37,598 nt of DNA from Octopus bimaculoides (GCF_001194135.2 NC_068991.1:45133561-45171158), one strand, 5' to 3'. Shown: positions 22,427-34,670, counted from the stretch's first letter. A program made the numbers and translations. The notes: generated by a model from the sequence alone, not told the origin.

Positions 22427-22681
22427 ATGACTTCCCTTTGCAAATACCGACAGGGCACAGAAAGTGTGTCAATAGCCAGCTGGAGGAGATGTTCTCCTGG
22501 GGCTACAAGCTACAGTAGCATTCACCCTNNNNNNNNNNCCCGGGTCCGTGCGTATCACGTCAGATCGACGATGAGAAGGATGACTTCCCTTTGCAAATAC
22601 CGACAGGGCACAGAAAGTGTGTCAATAGCCAGCTGGAGGAGATGTTCTCCTGGGGCTACAAGCTACAGTAGCATTCACCCT
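22386..22681. repeat. Identical 143-bp direct duplication (22386-22528 and 22539-22681) around a 10-N gap; probably a contig-overlap artefact
   Basis: The two copies are identical base for base and separated only by Ns. Confidence 0.85.
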
Positions 22682-22736
22682 TAGTTGTTAGCCGTATTTA
22701 AGTGGCAAATATACTTCACAAGCATTAATATATCTA

Positions 22737-22911
22737 CATGTATGTATGTATGTATGTATGTATGTATTCATATATGTATGCATGTATGTATGTAGACATG
22801 TATATAGGCAGATGGACAGAGGGGCAGACTGACAGGCACACATACAGATAGACGGATAGAGAAACAAATGCGCTGATAGACAGACATAGATAGATTGATA
22901 GACAGACAGAC

Positions 22912-22966
<55 letters not shown>
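22737..22966. repeat. (TATG)n ... (GACA)n/(GATA)n microsatellites
   Basis: Directly visible. Confidence 0.9.
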
Positions 22967-22967
<1 letters not shown>

Positions 22968-23203
22968 GCGTACAATATACGCATCTACACACATATACTT
23001 GATCTAAAATGAGACGTCTGTCACAATGCCATGGTGACATGATTGGTAGACTGACGTTTGATGAGTAAACTTTCTATTTAAGAGTGTGGGTGTGGTTGTT
23101 CGTCTGTTTATAAGGGGAGGAAGAGGTGTTGCATTTGGAAGAATAAATTCGATTACCGTGTTTACTTCTCCCTCGTTAAGATACCTTCGCCGCTCAATCC
23201 TTC

Positions 23204-23211
23204 TATATAAA
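23204..23211 (+). promoter_or_regulatory. Possible TATA box (TATATAAA) upstream of a structured segment
   Basis: Motif match only, in AT-rich DNA. It lies about 70 nt before 23280-23402. Confidence 0.15.
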
Positions 23212-23443
23212 TACCCCTTCTATTGTGATAAACGTTAAGTCCCTAAAAATCCCCTCTTAAGCAGAATTCTAAGTAGAATAGCTGGAGTGGACATAGCAGA
23301 AAGCTACTTAGTAGCAAGAAGTAGCTTAGGTCAACTTAATCCGATGTACGTAGAACTGCGGTGATATCGATTGCTTGTTGAGTTCTATTACTCCAATCAG
23401 CTTGAATCATTATCTGCAATCAGATATATATTATATATATTAC

Positions 23444-23586
23444 ATAATGCACGGTAAAATCCGGCAATCCGAGGAAACTGTTGATGGTTTTCATCGGTAA
23501 CGATTAATTTATAAAAGACTTCGTAGAATATTTCTGCATGTTTAATTGCTGTGAAACGAATACTGCGTTTCAAACTCTTGGCTTTC
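23444..23586 (-). CDS. Weak candidate coding exon (KAKSLKRSIRF...RIAGFYRAL)
   Basis: Minus-strand pyrimidine tract tctctctccttcattctactacaaag, a GTAATA donor and one open frame. No family recognised. Confidence 0.2.
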
Positions 23587-24213
23587 CTTTGTAGTAGAAT
23601 GAAGGAGAGAGATGAGGTTGTATAGTCGCTAACCAAAATGGCAGTATCACTTGCAAAGCAGCATGACAACACTACTTGCAACCAAAAATCAACACTTTCC
23701 GAACAAAGGATTTTAGTTTCTGGTGAAGGACAAGGCATTCTTTAGCGATTGAACTTTTGGTATTTTTTATATACGTGTAGATGAGGGAGTTGGTTATGTA
23801 CTTGAAAGAAAGGGATGTTAGTGACGGATAATACCTTTGGTAGGTGTCCTATAAATTTCTTTTCAGGACAGCTAGTCTACCACTGGCCCTGGGGTCTCAA
23901 CTAACTCTCACTTGTTGCTCTACGAACTGTCTGCATACAGTGGTGCACTATCTCCAGTACACCGGTATTAGCAGGCCGGCTAAACAAGACTGTGGGTTGT
24001 CGACATGTTTTAAATTTTTGGTGAAATTCTTTAAAGGATTCTCTCCCGACGCATATGAAGATGAAATTTCCGGTTAAGTGAGCGAAAAACAAACCAACCA
24101 CTGGAAGAGGATATCGCTAAGGTTGGTGTGTGTCTCACACCTCGGAGTATGGTAAGACATGTAGACCATTTTGGTTATCTTACTATATTTTTGGTTTGCT
24201 ACCAGTCGTCTAG

Positions 24214-24564
24214 GCCTGTCTTGCCACTGTTCCAGGTAGCCAGGGACGGGAAAATGAGGATAGTCATCCAGCACAGCTCTATTTCACTAGTCCAGAGCAA
24301 ATAAGGGCTCGTATTTTTGAAACCACAAATAAACAGCGAATCATTCGTTTTGGCAATTTGGGTATTAAGTGCGCCTGCGACAATGAAATGCCAACATATC
24401 AGTAGGGTTCCCGATTGTGGAAGCAAACAACTGGTATAAAATATGCTGGAGCATACATTATATGAATTTCCGGTCACCTGCGAAATGGATCCTCTATTGT
24501 TGATACCCTTGGAGGTGGAGCCCTGGTCAACTTCGAAAACGTAGGACGATCAAATCGCGTTTAT
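24214..24564 (+). pseudogene. Unidentified coding-like relic (117 codons, two in-frame stops)
   Basis: Complex, GC-richer, protein-like frame with stops at 24403 and 24463. The antisense register is also open. Confidence 0.25.
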
Positions 24565-24714
24565 TAGCTTCTAGTGAGGTGGAGTCTGCGACACAGATTC
24601 TATTCCTGATAATTATTCGGTAGTGATTGGTCACTTAATCCGCAAATACCGCTGAATTTTTTTTTTTCAAAGTCGCATTTTCCATTCATTAGTCTCTTCA
24701 AGTCGATAATCTTA

Positions 24715-24793
24715 TCAATTCTTGATGAATACATCTAATCACAAGCAATCGATCAATTCTTGATGGATATCTCTAATCACAAGCAGTCGATCA
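24715..24793. repeat. 38-bp tandem repeat, 2 copies
   Basis: tcaattcttgatgaatacatctaatcacaagcaatcga and tcaattcttgatggatatctctaatcacaagcagtcga. Confidence 0.9.
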
Positions 24794-24844
24794 TCAGGCT
24801 GCATTTATTGCTCTACTGAGTGGGAATAATTAAATATTTATCAT

Positions 24845-25050
24845 TTTGTTGTTGCTGTTCTTTAAATGCATCCGTGTCAGACCTGTTAAAGCATATAACT
24901 ATGATCAGAAGGTCCAGCGCTAATCACCCCATGTTATTTTTCAGTGATTGTTATAATATTCTTGATATTATCCAATAAGTCCTTCTTTTCATGAAATGGA
25001 TGATTTGAGAGATATTTAGTGACTACTCCAGGCAGGTCGAGCGACCTCAA
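24845..25050 (-). repeat. Diverged dispersed repeat family D with (CAA)-rich tail; probable further copies at about 31260-31420 and 31860-32040 (+)
   Basis: Loose mutual similarity (gtagtcacta, ctgatcata/ctgaccata, CAA-rich ends). Confidence 0.35.
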
Positions 25051-25192
25051 ATCGACACTAGTTTCTAAGAGGATGAAAGATATCTTTTTAAGAGGTTTCC
25101 TGCAAAGTTTTTAAAGGAAGAATTGTGCGTGTGTATGTATGTGTGTGTGGTGGTGGTCGTGGTGGTGGTGNNNNNNNNNNNNNNNNNNNNNN

Positions 25193-25259
<67 letters not shown>

Positions 25260-25377
25260 AAATAAAAAGTGCAGTATACAAAACATTGTAGCGGTTAATA
25301 TTGATTAACAGAATGGGAAATGCTGAAAAGTGAGAAGAAGAGTAGCGATGGGATAACTGAGAGAAACAGATCATCTG

Positions 25378-25444
<67 letters not shown>

Positions 25445-25811
25445 GTTTGTCTCTCTGTATGTGTGTAGGTATATGTATGTGTGTGTATGTGTGTGAGTGT
25501 GTGTGAGTATATGCGTATGAATTATATGCACGCATATATGTATATGATTCTGTGTGTATACAGGCACATACACACATACACGCGCGCGCGCTCAAAGTAA
25601 CTTTGCGAAATAGAGACTTTGGCTATGTTCATAGAGAGAACTTGATAGGCAGAGAGGAAAGAAAGAGTGAGAATAGTCCACTTCGAACCCTTAATGGATT
25701 TTTGCTACGGTTTCTACTGTAACTGTAGACCCCCTAGCAAATTGTCCATTAAATATCCTAGGGAAAATATAATTTATATGTTCTCCATTCTCAGACATAT
25801 CGCAGCCTTAC

Positions 25812-25853
25812 ATTATACGCTTAAAGACGCCACAGCGTCTTTAAACGTATAAT
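25812..25853. other. 19-bp inverted repeat hairpin with 4-nt loop
   Basis: attatacgcttaaagacgc-caca-gcgtctttaaacgtataat, 18 of 19 pairs. Confidence 0.9.
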
Positions 25854-28429
25854 TTATAACTATGCCCATTCTTTTAAAAAAACACCATAAACAGAATACT
25901 ACCTCCCTGGCCGAACTGATATAAGAATAATGTAATAAACCAACGAAATGTATTATCTATTAGATACCCACACAAATATAACATGTATTTCGGTAATATT
26001 CTGATAACCTACCATTCTTTCTTTTTTTTGTGAGGCCAGACGTAGTGGATAGGGGTGATTTTTAAAATATTCATCCGCATGTTTATTTCTTTATGCCCTT
26101 ACATATTTCCAAATTGAATTATTCTTATTTATTTTGATAGGCCTTTTTTATGTGTATCTGAGTCCAATTTTTGGCCTCCATCCTGCCTTCCATTAACAAT
26201 ACCTTTAGGTCTCTTTCCGTCTAACTATGCTATCTATCAAATGCATTCTAATCGCTTCCATCTCCCCTGTGAACTGTGCTTGTCTATCCATATTTGATAA
26301 AATTATAAATTGCTGTTATTAGTATCTTTTAACTTAACTCTCATCTACTCTTCCTTTCATTTTCCTTTTCTTCTTTCTTATCATATACTATGAGTTCCTC
26401 TTTCTTCCTAGCCTGTAATTCAACCTTCTTTATAGTAAGCTTATATATATTTATAGCTTTGTTTTTCTATTCATTCGTTTTTGCGGTTATTATTTACTTG
26501 TTTTCATGATGCTCACTTGTCCTTTGTCTTAATTGTTAATTTGTAATTGTAGTCTTTATCTTTTACGAAAAACTTTTCATAAATTCCTGATTTCAAAAAG
26601 TGCATTTCCAATTGTGCATTTCAACGTATATCAGCGATTCATGTTACTCACTTTTTGATTGTATTTCAACTTGCTTTTCTCGTCATCGTAAATAAATTTC
26701 ACCCGGCTGATTTTTGTTATTTTGAGTAATAACACGCAGTCGAATCAGCTTTAAAAATTTGTTTGGTGAGTTGCTAAATAATTATGATTGCACTGTTTAT
26801 AAACATTTATAATCGATGGTACTGTTGTCTTGCGACTCTCTGGCGATCACTTACGTGAAACTCTAAGTTACAGTTTGTGAAAATTTTCAACTTCAATAAA
26901 ATGTTTTACTCTACGTTTCGTATTCGGGAACTATTTTCTCAACCATTTTGCTCTTATTTGCTCATATGTGCCTTTGCTTTGTGCATGTAATTGTTTTGAG
27001 TCACACACTATATTTTATATTAAGTTATATTGTTTTTAAATACAGGTATAAGCATCAGTGCATCTCGTAGTGAAGTTTGCAGTGTCCAGATTGGGGTCTC
27101 CTTACACATTATACTATTGTAAAGAAAGTTACTTATTTATCACATCCGATTATGTTAGTTTTACTTTAAAAATACACAAGTATTAAAGTTTACGATGTCT
27201 AGATAATTCTAATAAATTCCAATTTTAGTACATTTCTTTTTTAAATCAAAATTTAATTTGCAAGATTCTTTTATTTTTTAAGATTTCCGCTTCACAAAAC
27301 TAACTTTTATTCTCTGCAATATAGCTATCCTCCATTACTAGATAGCGTTTTTCAACATGTTCTTTTATACTTCTGAGAATATAAATGTTGCCTAAATTTG
27401 ATCGTCTTCGCAATATAATTTGCAGAACTATACACAAGACGTCCGCATGAGATTGAACATGTATAAAGTTCTACCAATTACATTTGGGGTTATAGTTCAA
27501 AAGTCTTCGTCTTGGCGCGCCAAATACCGGAAATAATTCTGCAGAAAATAATTCTCTGCAGTGAATTTTGCCGGTTAGAGAACATAGTTATTTAAATTTA
27601 AATAATAAGGGTGAAAAATTGAATATTAATTTCATTAATATCAATTTAAAACCAGTGGCCTAGCAAATTGAAAAGTCTGGAGATTCAGAAAAATTATATT
27701 ACATACAAATAAGAGGGAAACCGGTCTATGATTAATCTTTATATTTTNNNNNNNNNNNNNNNNNNNNNNNNNNNNNNNNNNNNNNNNNNNNNNNNNNNNN
27801 NNNNNNNNNNNNNNNNNNNNNNNNNNNNNNNNNNNNNNNNNNNNNNNNNNNNNNNNNNNNNNNNNNNNNNNNNNNNNNNNNNNNNNNNNNNNNNNNNNNN
27901 NNNNNNNNNNNNNNNNNNNNNNNNNNNNNNNNNNNNNNNNNNNNNNNNNNNNNNNNNNNNNNNNNNNNNNNNNNNNNNNNNNNNNNNNNNNNNNNNNNNN
28001 NNNNNNNNAGAAATGGAGATGTTATTCAAATCATTTATACTTCCAACATATGTTTCGAAAAAAGCATTGAGATTATTCCGGCGGGAATAAAAATGATATA
28101 AAACAATGCAATCATCTTGTCATGGAAAAAAGGAACAAGACACATCAATAAGCCATTTTAACCGAATGTGATTACCGCGGACGTAAGTATATGATGTAAG
28201 GGTTAAGCTAGCAAGTTATTAAAAAAAAGCCGTTAATAGATTTAACGTCAAAGGTAAATTAGAGAAAGAGAAGGAGAAGAAAGAAAGAAATTAACAAACA
28301 GAAAATTAAGAGTGGAAAAATATAATGTGCTAGATGAATGGGAATAAAGTTTAAAAGCGCGTGTGTGACTATGTACGTGCATCTGTTATGTACTGATTTG
28401 TGTCTCCATACTGTGGGTGTTGGAGTATC

Positions 28430-28708
28430 ACTACCTTCAACGTACATATATTTATTACTGAGATTGTTTCATTTATGACGGCGTACTCCTGTATTTGTCT
28501 GAGTGGCGGGTCCTTCGGGTGCTTAGCTAAAATGTGGATGTCAAGTCGATCCACTGTGCCTCCATGTTGGTCTTTGGCATGTTGGTCTTTGGCATGTTCG
28601 TAGAGTATGGAGGACTGTTATCATATTGTTGTCATATTGTCTCAAATTGTCATTTAGTCACTCTGCAAAGCTTCTAAATGTCTCACCAATGTATGTCATG
28701 TTTTTGCC
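28430..28708 (-). pseudogene. GIY-YIG endonuclease relic of a Penelope-like element
   Basis: TYIGETFRS (28679-28693 encodes YIGET), HAKDQHGG, and KDPPLRQIQE..VIN, matching the PLE YIGET.R...H...H...RQI.E...LN pattern. Confidence 0.7.
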
Positions 28709-29313
28709 TTATAAGCACCCTCTATGCGCCTCATAATTGGAACATCCCTAGTATTAAATAGGAGATATACAAAGAAAGTAGTGCTACCTCAACGCCCACA
28801 GTTTATACATACACAGGTAGATTTGTTTGTAGGCTGATATATGTATATATATATAATNNNNNNNNNNATATATATATATATATATATATATAAGTTGGTA
28901 AATAGATATATAAATAAACAGATAGATAAGTAGATAGATACATAGATAGATAGGTACATAGGTAATACGGACAAACAAGCATGCACACACACATACACAC
29001 ATACATACACAAAAGACTGAAGCACATGATCTAATACACACATGCATACTTCACAAACAAACTAACAAACAACCAAACAAAAAGAACGCAGCTCCGATAA
29101 CGGGCAGCCAACGACTATTAAAGAGGTTACAAGAAGCAACGAAAATTTAAAAAAATAAATAAATAAATGAGTGGAAATCGAACCGGTGATTGTGTTAATT
29201 AATAAAGCATTAAAACAGAATGACTATCCCCAGACACAATAAAATATGCTTCAACACACAAATTCATATAAAGAATCTTGCAAACCAAATTAAATAATTA
29301 TGTGTGTTTGTGA

Positions 29314-29386
<73 letters not shown>

Positions 29387-29740
29387 CATATAATACTCTT
29401 AAACATACACAGATGCTTGCCAACGAAAGAGTTGCAAGTAGTGCTCTGATCCATCCTGCTAGGCGAAATCGTTATAGTGCCCTGATGCTTTGCCGTAACT
29501 GACACACTTTGCAGAAGGATTTTCTCATCTGTAATTCTGTCTCAGACGTTAATAGACATCGTTAGTGGGATGTGTCTATATTCTTGGCCACCTTTACCTT
29601 TATTTTCCGTGTTTTCCTGCCAAACACATCTATTGGTAGGATTATTACCCTATATAGCTGGCCATTCATATCATTACAGATGCTTGTTACTACCAATATT
29701 TAGTACTGTCGTTGGAATACATATCTTGTGTTGCTAGTTT

Positions 29741-29990
29741 TACGCATCACTTTCCAAGTTGTAGACACACTATATTTACTAATATTATAATGATAAAACT
29801 CGCCATAAAAGACAAACACCAACATTGAAATTGGTGGAACACGCTTTACAAACAAGAACAACCGAGGAATATATTTTTGATAATCAAATTTTTCTACCAG
29901 TAAATACTTTACTGTCAAAGAAAGACCAAAATTACAAGGATTTCCAATTATAACGATGGACCAGTGTGCCACTAGCTTGATCACTTCTCA
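29741..29990 (+). pseudogene. Degraded Penelope-like RT fragment
   Basis: ITFQVVDTLY-TNI (cf. TFDVESLYTNI) and KYFTVKERPKLQGFPIITMDQCATSL (cf. NYF.F....YLQ..GTAMG..CAP). Frameshifted. Confidence 0.4.
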
Positions 29991-30334
29991 TCATAGGTCA
30001 CGACTTGTGGTTAATATACAATCAGCCTGATAGCTTCTCTCATATATCACTCATGTCGATCAGCTGAGTCCTTGACATCCAAATTTTATACAGACACTGA
30101 TGTAATTGTAGGATCCCCACACTTTACCACACATACGCCTTTCTCTATTTGGAAATATTACGCACCAGCTGCAGTTGTTCGTTACTCAGTTTACTTTAAT
30201 CTTTGGCTCTCCGCCATTTCTATACTATTCTTCTCGTACCATCAAATATACGCTTCTTTCGTTCTGTCCGACATAATAAATATATGAAAGAGAGGTTTCA
30301 CATCTGACGTTCAACATTATATTTTGATGTGTGG

Positions 30335-30470
30335 TGAGTTGGCAAAGTCGTTGGATCAAGGGATAGAATGATGCCTAGTAGTATTCATTCTGGCTCTCTG
30401 TAGTCTGAGATCAATAGACACGGAGGTTAAATTCGCGTTTGAACATTTTGGAGTTGATAAAAAAAAAACA
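30335..30470 (+). mobile_element. Highly diverged SINE family A copy
   Basis: ggtgagttggcaaagtcgtt head and gaggttaaattcgcgtttgaacattttggagttgataaaa core. Confidence 0.5.
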
Positions 30471-32399
30471 CTCAGCTTCTGGAGTCGACACTCCTTCCCC
30501 GATCTCTCTCTCTCTCTCTCTCTCTCTGTATGGAAGAAATCCATCGTGGTTAGATATGGAGAAGTGGTCCACCAGATTCAGTTTAAGAATGCAGATGACA
30601 CAAACAAACTATATATCTAGCCGGTGTTCCTACGATTTCGTCAGGAGCATAATTCATATGGCTGAAAAAAAAAAGAAACCCACAATTTTCACCAAAACTT
30701 TGATATCACAAATTGATCTAAGGTTTGGTAGATGTGTATTTGATTATACTTGGCTGATGAATTGTAATATGACAGAAATACATCTGGGGTTACCACCGTA
30801 CATAACAAAGATCAGATTGTTTTCTCATTGCAATTTAAATTTTAAAGTTCTTTCCCTTGCCATTTCGACTTCAATTATAAATTAACCTTAAAGATTTTTT
30901 TTTTCTATTCATTGCGGAATTAATTTCAACTGATTAAAAATTAAATTTGGCTCTCTGTGCTATGTTTGCTCGCAGCTAACTGTTTCTTCTTCATGCAGAA
31001 GGCACTCATGTGAAAATTTCTAGCAGCATCACATTTTCTGCTTTTATACAACAAAGAAAATTATGTCCTCTCGGACTTCCTTCATCACAATCCAACTACC
31101 ACATCTTATAAACACTTGTCAAACATGATGTGATTTTCAGGAAGAAAACACCAAGAGAGGGAAATTGACAAAAACATAACAATCTTCATGAAACAATGAG
31201 AATATGATGTGGCACCTGTCTTAACCAAATTCTTTAACATTTTTATGTAAAGGTTACTGAGTGAGGATCTACGTAGTCACTATAAGCAGAATCGGCCAAA
31301 TCATTAAATCAAACAGTGCCATCTTAAACAGTGACACATAGGTATGAATTCCTATGGTTGGAATGATTTTAAGTATTGATTGGCTCAGTGAAGGTTGATC
31401 TGGAGCTAAACGAAAATAATCAAAATGGATTGTCTGAAGAGTGAATGAGAGGAATCGCTACGTTGTTGCCAAATCTCCTTCAAAATTGCATCCCCAATAC
31501 AAAATGGTCACGGCTAGAATGATTTTTGACCAAAAATCTTTCCGCTCAACAATAAAAGCACATTTGTTTGTCTATTCCTTTCTCATTCTTCGATGGTAGA
31601 CCGCTCCCACAAAAGAAAACTACGGGTACCATCTTTCTTTTGATCTCTTCTTAAGAATCATTCTCATACTCAACATGTTTATGATCATTTACGACTTTGA
31701 TCTTTAAATAACAATAAATATATTTTTGATGAACAGAAAGTAAATAAAAATAAAATAAATTTAAAAACTTCACGATTCGACCAAAAGCAGCTGAGTGTGT
31801 TAGGTAAAACAGATGTGCACAATACAACTGGATTTATTCCTTAGTTGAGAAAAGCAAAATATCCTAGCCGTCAGGAAAGCCATTTCAAATTACACTATCC
31901 TTTTAAATGTGTAAAGACCATGCTAGATAGTGTAGTCCTACTTGACCCTGAAATGCCGGTTGGAGTGCATCTGACCATAACTCTGCTCCACCAATGTTGA
32001 TCTGAGGATTAAAAATAACTTCAATAACAACATCAACAACAAAGCTGTGCGTTTAATGTTATATTTAATCTTAAACGGTGGTCTTCTCATTATTAAGTAT
32101 CAATGATCGACACATTGAAATTTCTTTTTGCTCCTTATATATTCTGCATATTTCTTTTCAAATAAAAGAGGCGTGGGAGCCCTTTGTCAGTACCTTTCTT
32201 TTTTTTTTACCGTATACTGAAACACAAGACATATATTTGGAAATATTTTGATATAATTTGATTGGAATTTACACAAAATAAGGAGAATAAGGGAAAATAT
32301 GATCTAAATGACATAAAAAACGTTTGGAAAATCAGTTAGAAACAAGGAATTTAATGAAGTAAGTCTAATAATACATATCTTTCTCATTAAAATGGCGTC

Positions 32400-32900
32400 C
32401 ATTCATGACCAGTGCACATCATGACTAGCTGAAACATATGCAACTATATTGCGAAAGCCAACTAAAGGCAGAAACAGAAGCCTCGATTATTATTGCACAG
32501 GATCAATGTTTGGCTGCTAAAAACTATAAAAGCAAATAACAAGAGACTAATGTTAATTGCATATTGAACAGCGAACATCAAGGAACAAAAGAACATATAA
32601 TTTTTGGCTGCCTAGTCCAAGAAGAAAAAAAAAAGCAGATTATGTATGTTCACAGGCATGACCGAGTTGTAGTTATATCCATTGGGCAATGTGCCAATAC
32701 ATCCAACTCATAACATGAAATATGTGTTATAATCGTATACTAAAAAAGAAAACAAAAAAATACAAAATGGCTTTCTGATAATATTAGAGCTACTACGTTC
32801 TTCGATATGTCTGTTGAAATAGATAATGAAATCAAGACAAATTTTCCTTGACATCATTACCAAGGACAAAAAGATAAATCTTTGTTGTCTTCATCGATAG
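32400..32900 (+). mobile_element. Degraded R4-like LINE fragment (post-RT zinc knuckle and start of RLE)
   Basis: LKAETEASIIIAQDQCL..KNY, EHIIFGC, HRHDRV, YIHWAMC and a PDII-like motif near 32847. Confidence 0.75.
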
Positions 32901-33129
32901 CTTGATCCCTACCCACTAAAATACGGCTCGTAAGCAGATTTAGAAAGCTATATGAGAACACGACTGAAGTCAATAAGTTGTGCGTAATTAAAAGAAAAAA
33001 CACCAGATCCCTTTTTAAGAGAAAAATCCATGGTACTTTGGGGTTAATCGGTAATTATGCTTAACCTGCGTATACAGATAGTTTTAATATTTTGCGTTAC
33101 ACGGAGGCTGTACGATAGTCTCTGCTAAA

Positions 33130-33300
33130 AACATGGCCACGTGTTTAAGAGCCCCACATTGCAATGACACGGTTCTGAATTTGACCAGAATGTGTAACAC
33201 ACGAGGCATGTGTCTTAGCATCATCTTACATCGGTTAAAGTTTTGTCAGTAAAAATGGGTAGATGAAAAAAATGCATGGAAGCCTGTTGGATATGTTGTT
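33130..33300 (+). mobile_element. Degraded tRNA-derived, CORE-like SINE
   Basis: catggccacgtgtttaag head, B-box-like ggttctgaattt, and a CORE-like acacgaggcatgtgtctt segment. Confidence 0.45.
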
Positions 33301-33478
33301 CAAACGGATGATCTCTGTTCGTTGAAATCTTTAGCAGAGAGACTTTAGCAGAGTTCAGCCTGTTGCAGACGTTGGCACTTATTCCTCCAGTCAGAGAATA
33401 CTTTGATATATTGATGTGCTGCTTCCTGCTGCAAGTATTCTACGAGGTGTGGCTTCTGCCTCATTTTTCTCCCACCAG

Positions 33479-33545
33479 TTTCGGTATCCTGGAAAGGTCA
33501 TCTTTCTTCCCTGATAAAGCTATTTTTAAAATACGTGTCCCAACA
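33479..33545 (+). CDS. Weak candidate exon (67 nt)
   Basis: tttttctcccaccag acceptor and ACA|GTAAGT donor. Two frames are open (FGILERSSFFPDKAIFKIRVPT or SVSWKGHLSSLIKLFLKYVSQ). Confidence 0.25.
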
Positions 33546-34670
33546 GTAAGTATTAGGCCTTTGTATTTTATGTTTTCACTTGAGTCAATGTAAAAGCTGA
33601 CTAAAGTTAGAAGTAAGGCAGGTAAGCTTTATTCGCTATATCGTGCTGCTTTTAATTTCAGAATGAATGTCTCGCACACAAAAAGTGATATATTCACAAA
33701 ATACAAAGCACTGCTCAGAATTTATCGATATTTATCAAAGTTGTTTGAATGAAAGCGCCTGCACTTGAGTTAACTATCATGAAAAGCCAAATATGCAAGC
33801 CTGATTAAAAATCTATTTCTATATCTGTATGTTGTGCGTTTGCGTCTGTGGGTGTGCGTGTTTGTGCGTATGTGTAATTTATTGAACTGAATATTTATCT
33901 GGAGACTCGAGTTTCACATCAGTGTGTGAATTATATTGAACACACGAATTTAATCATTTTTATTACAGCACAAATAAAGAAATACGAAACACTTTAAAAT
34001 TTTGAAGAAAAAATAATATACATATGATCAAACATAGTCATGTTTTTAATATAATGCATATACATACATGCGCACTCCCAACAACGATTATATAGTCGCA
34101 CATATGTATGTATATATGTACATATATGTGAGAGTGTGTGAGTGTGTCTGCATATCAGCTGTCTGTACCCCTGCCTACAATGCATACAAGTGTATCTGTA
34201 TTATTATCTAGCAGATCAATGAGCCACTGTTTCCAATTATGTTTCAAGCCGATGCATTCCGAAACATCAACACGCTCACATGTGCACACATAAACTGGCA
34301 GACAGACACGCACACACACATTCACACACACATATACACACCCTCACACACACACATACACTCTTACAAACAAACATGCACACAGACATATAAACACACA
34401 TACACAGAATATAACAACAGCAAAGCAATAACTATTCATTTATACATCAACTTGACCTAATTTCCCAAGACAAAACTATATTCACGTGATGGTATTACTA
34501 GGAACTGCTTCTTGAGGGAAGAGAGTGCTACTTAAGGGGAGATAATCACTTCATGGTTTATTTTCCTTATGTTGCAAAATTATTATTAAATACGGAAAAG
34601 CATACATATATTTCCGTTTAAATCTTTTATTTTTGTTCATTTCCATGAGATAAAATCTTTCAAATCTCTT

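Larger units (their letters stand above)
22190..22719 (+). mobile_element. Non-coding hammerhead-bearing element with 20-bp terminal direct repeats (retrozyme or Penelope pLTR-like)
   Basis: aagtgacaaatatacttcac (22190-22209) and aagtggcaaatatacttcac (22700-22719) match 19/20. The unit contains a hammerhead fold and no ORF. Confidence 0.65.

Noticed and set aside
22386-22681. Apparent tandem dimer of part of the hammerhead element
   Set aside because: The copies are 100% identical and separated by exactly 10 Ns, and the 10-N gap at 34987 also has duplicated flanks. It is most likely a contig-overlap artefact; long reads would decide.
24715-24793. 38-bp repeat as a CRISPR array
   Set aside because: Contiguous tandem without spacers, only two units, no cas genes, eukaryotic context.
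26040-26330. Possible degraded RTE 3' end on the minus strand
   Set aside because: Only a vague likeness to the GHI.R...EG.. motif; too decayed to call.
27426-27536. Possible terminal exon NYTQDVRMRL...AKYRK-stop
   Set aside because: Weak acceptor, only 36 codons and no recognisable homology; compatible with chance.
30754-30784. CTGATGA...TGT/ACA...GAAA...ATC
   Set aside because: Core is present but no stem I forms in type I or type III topology.
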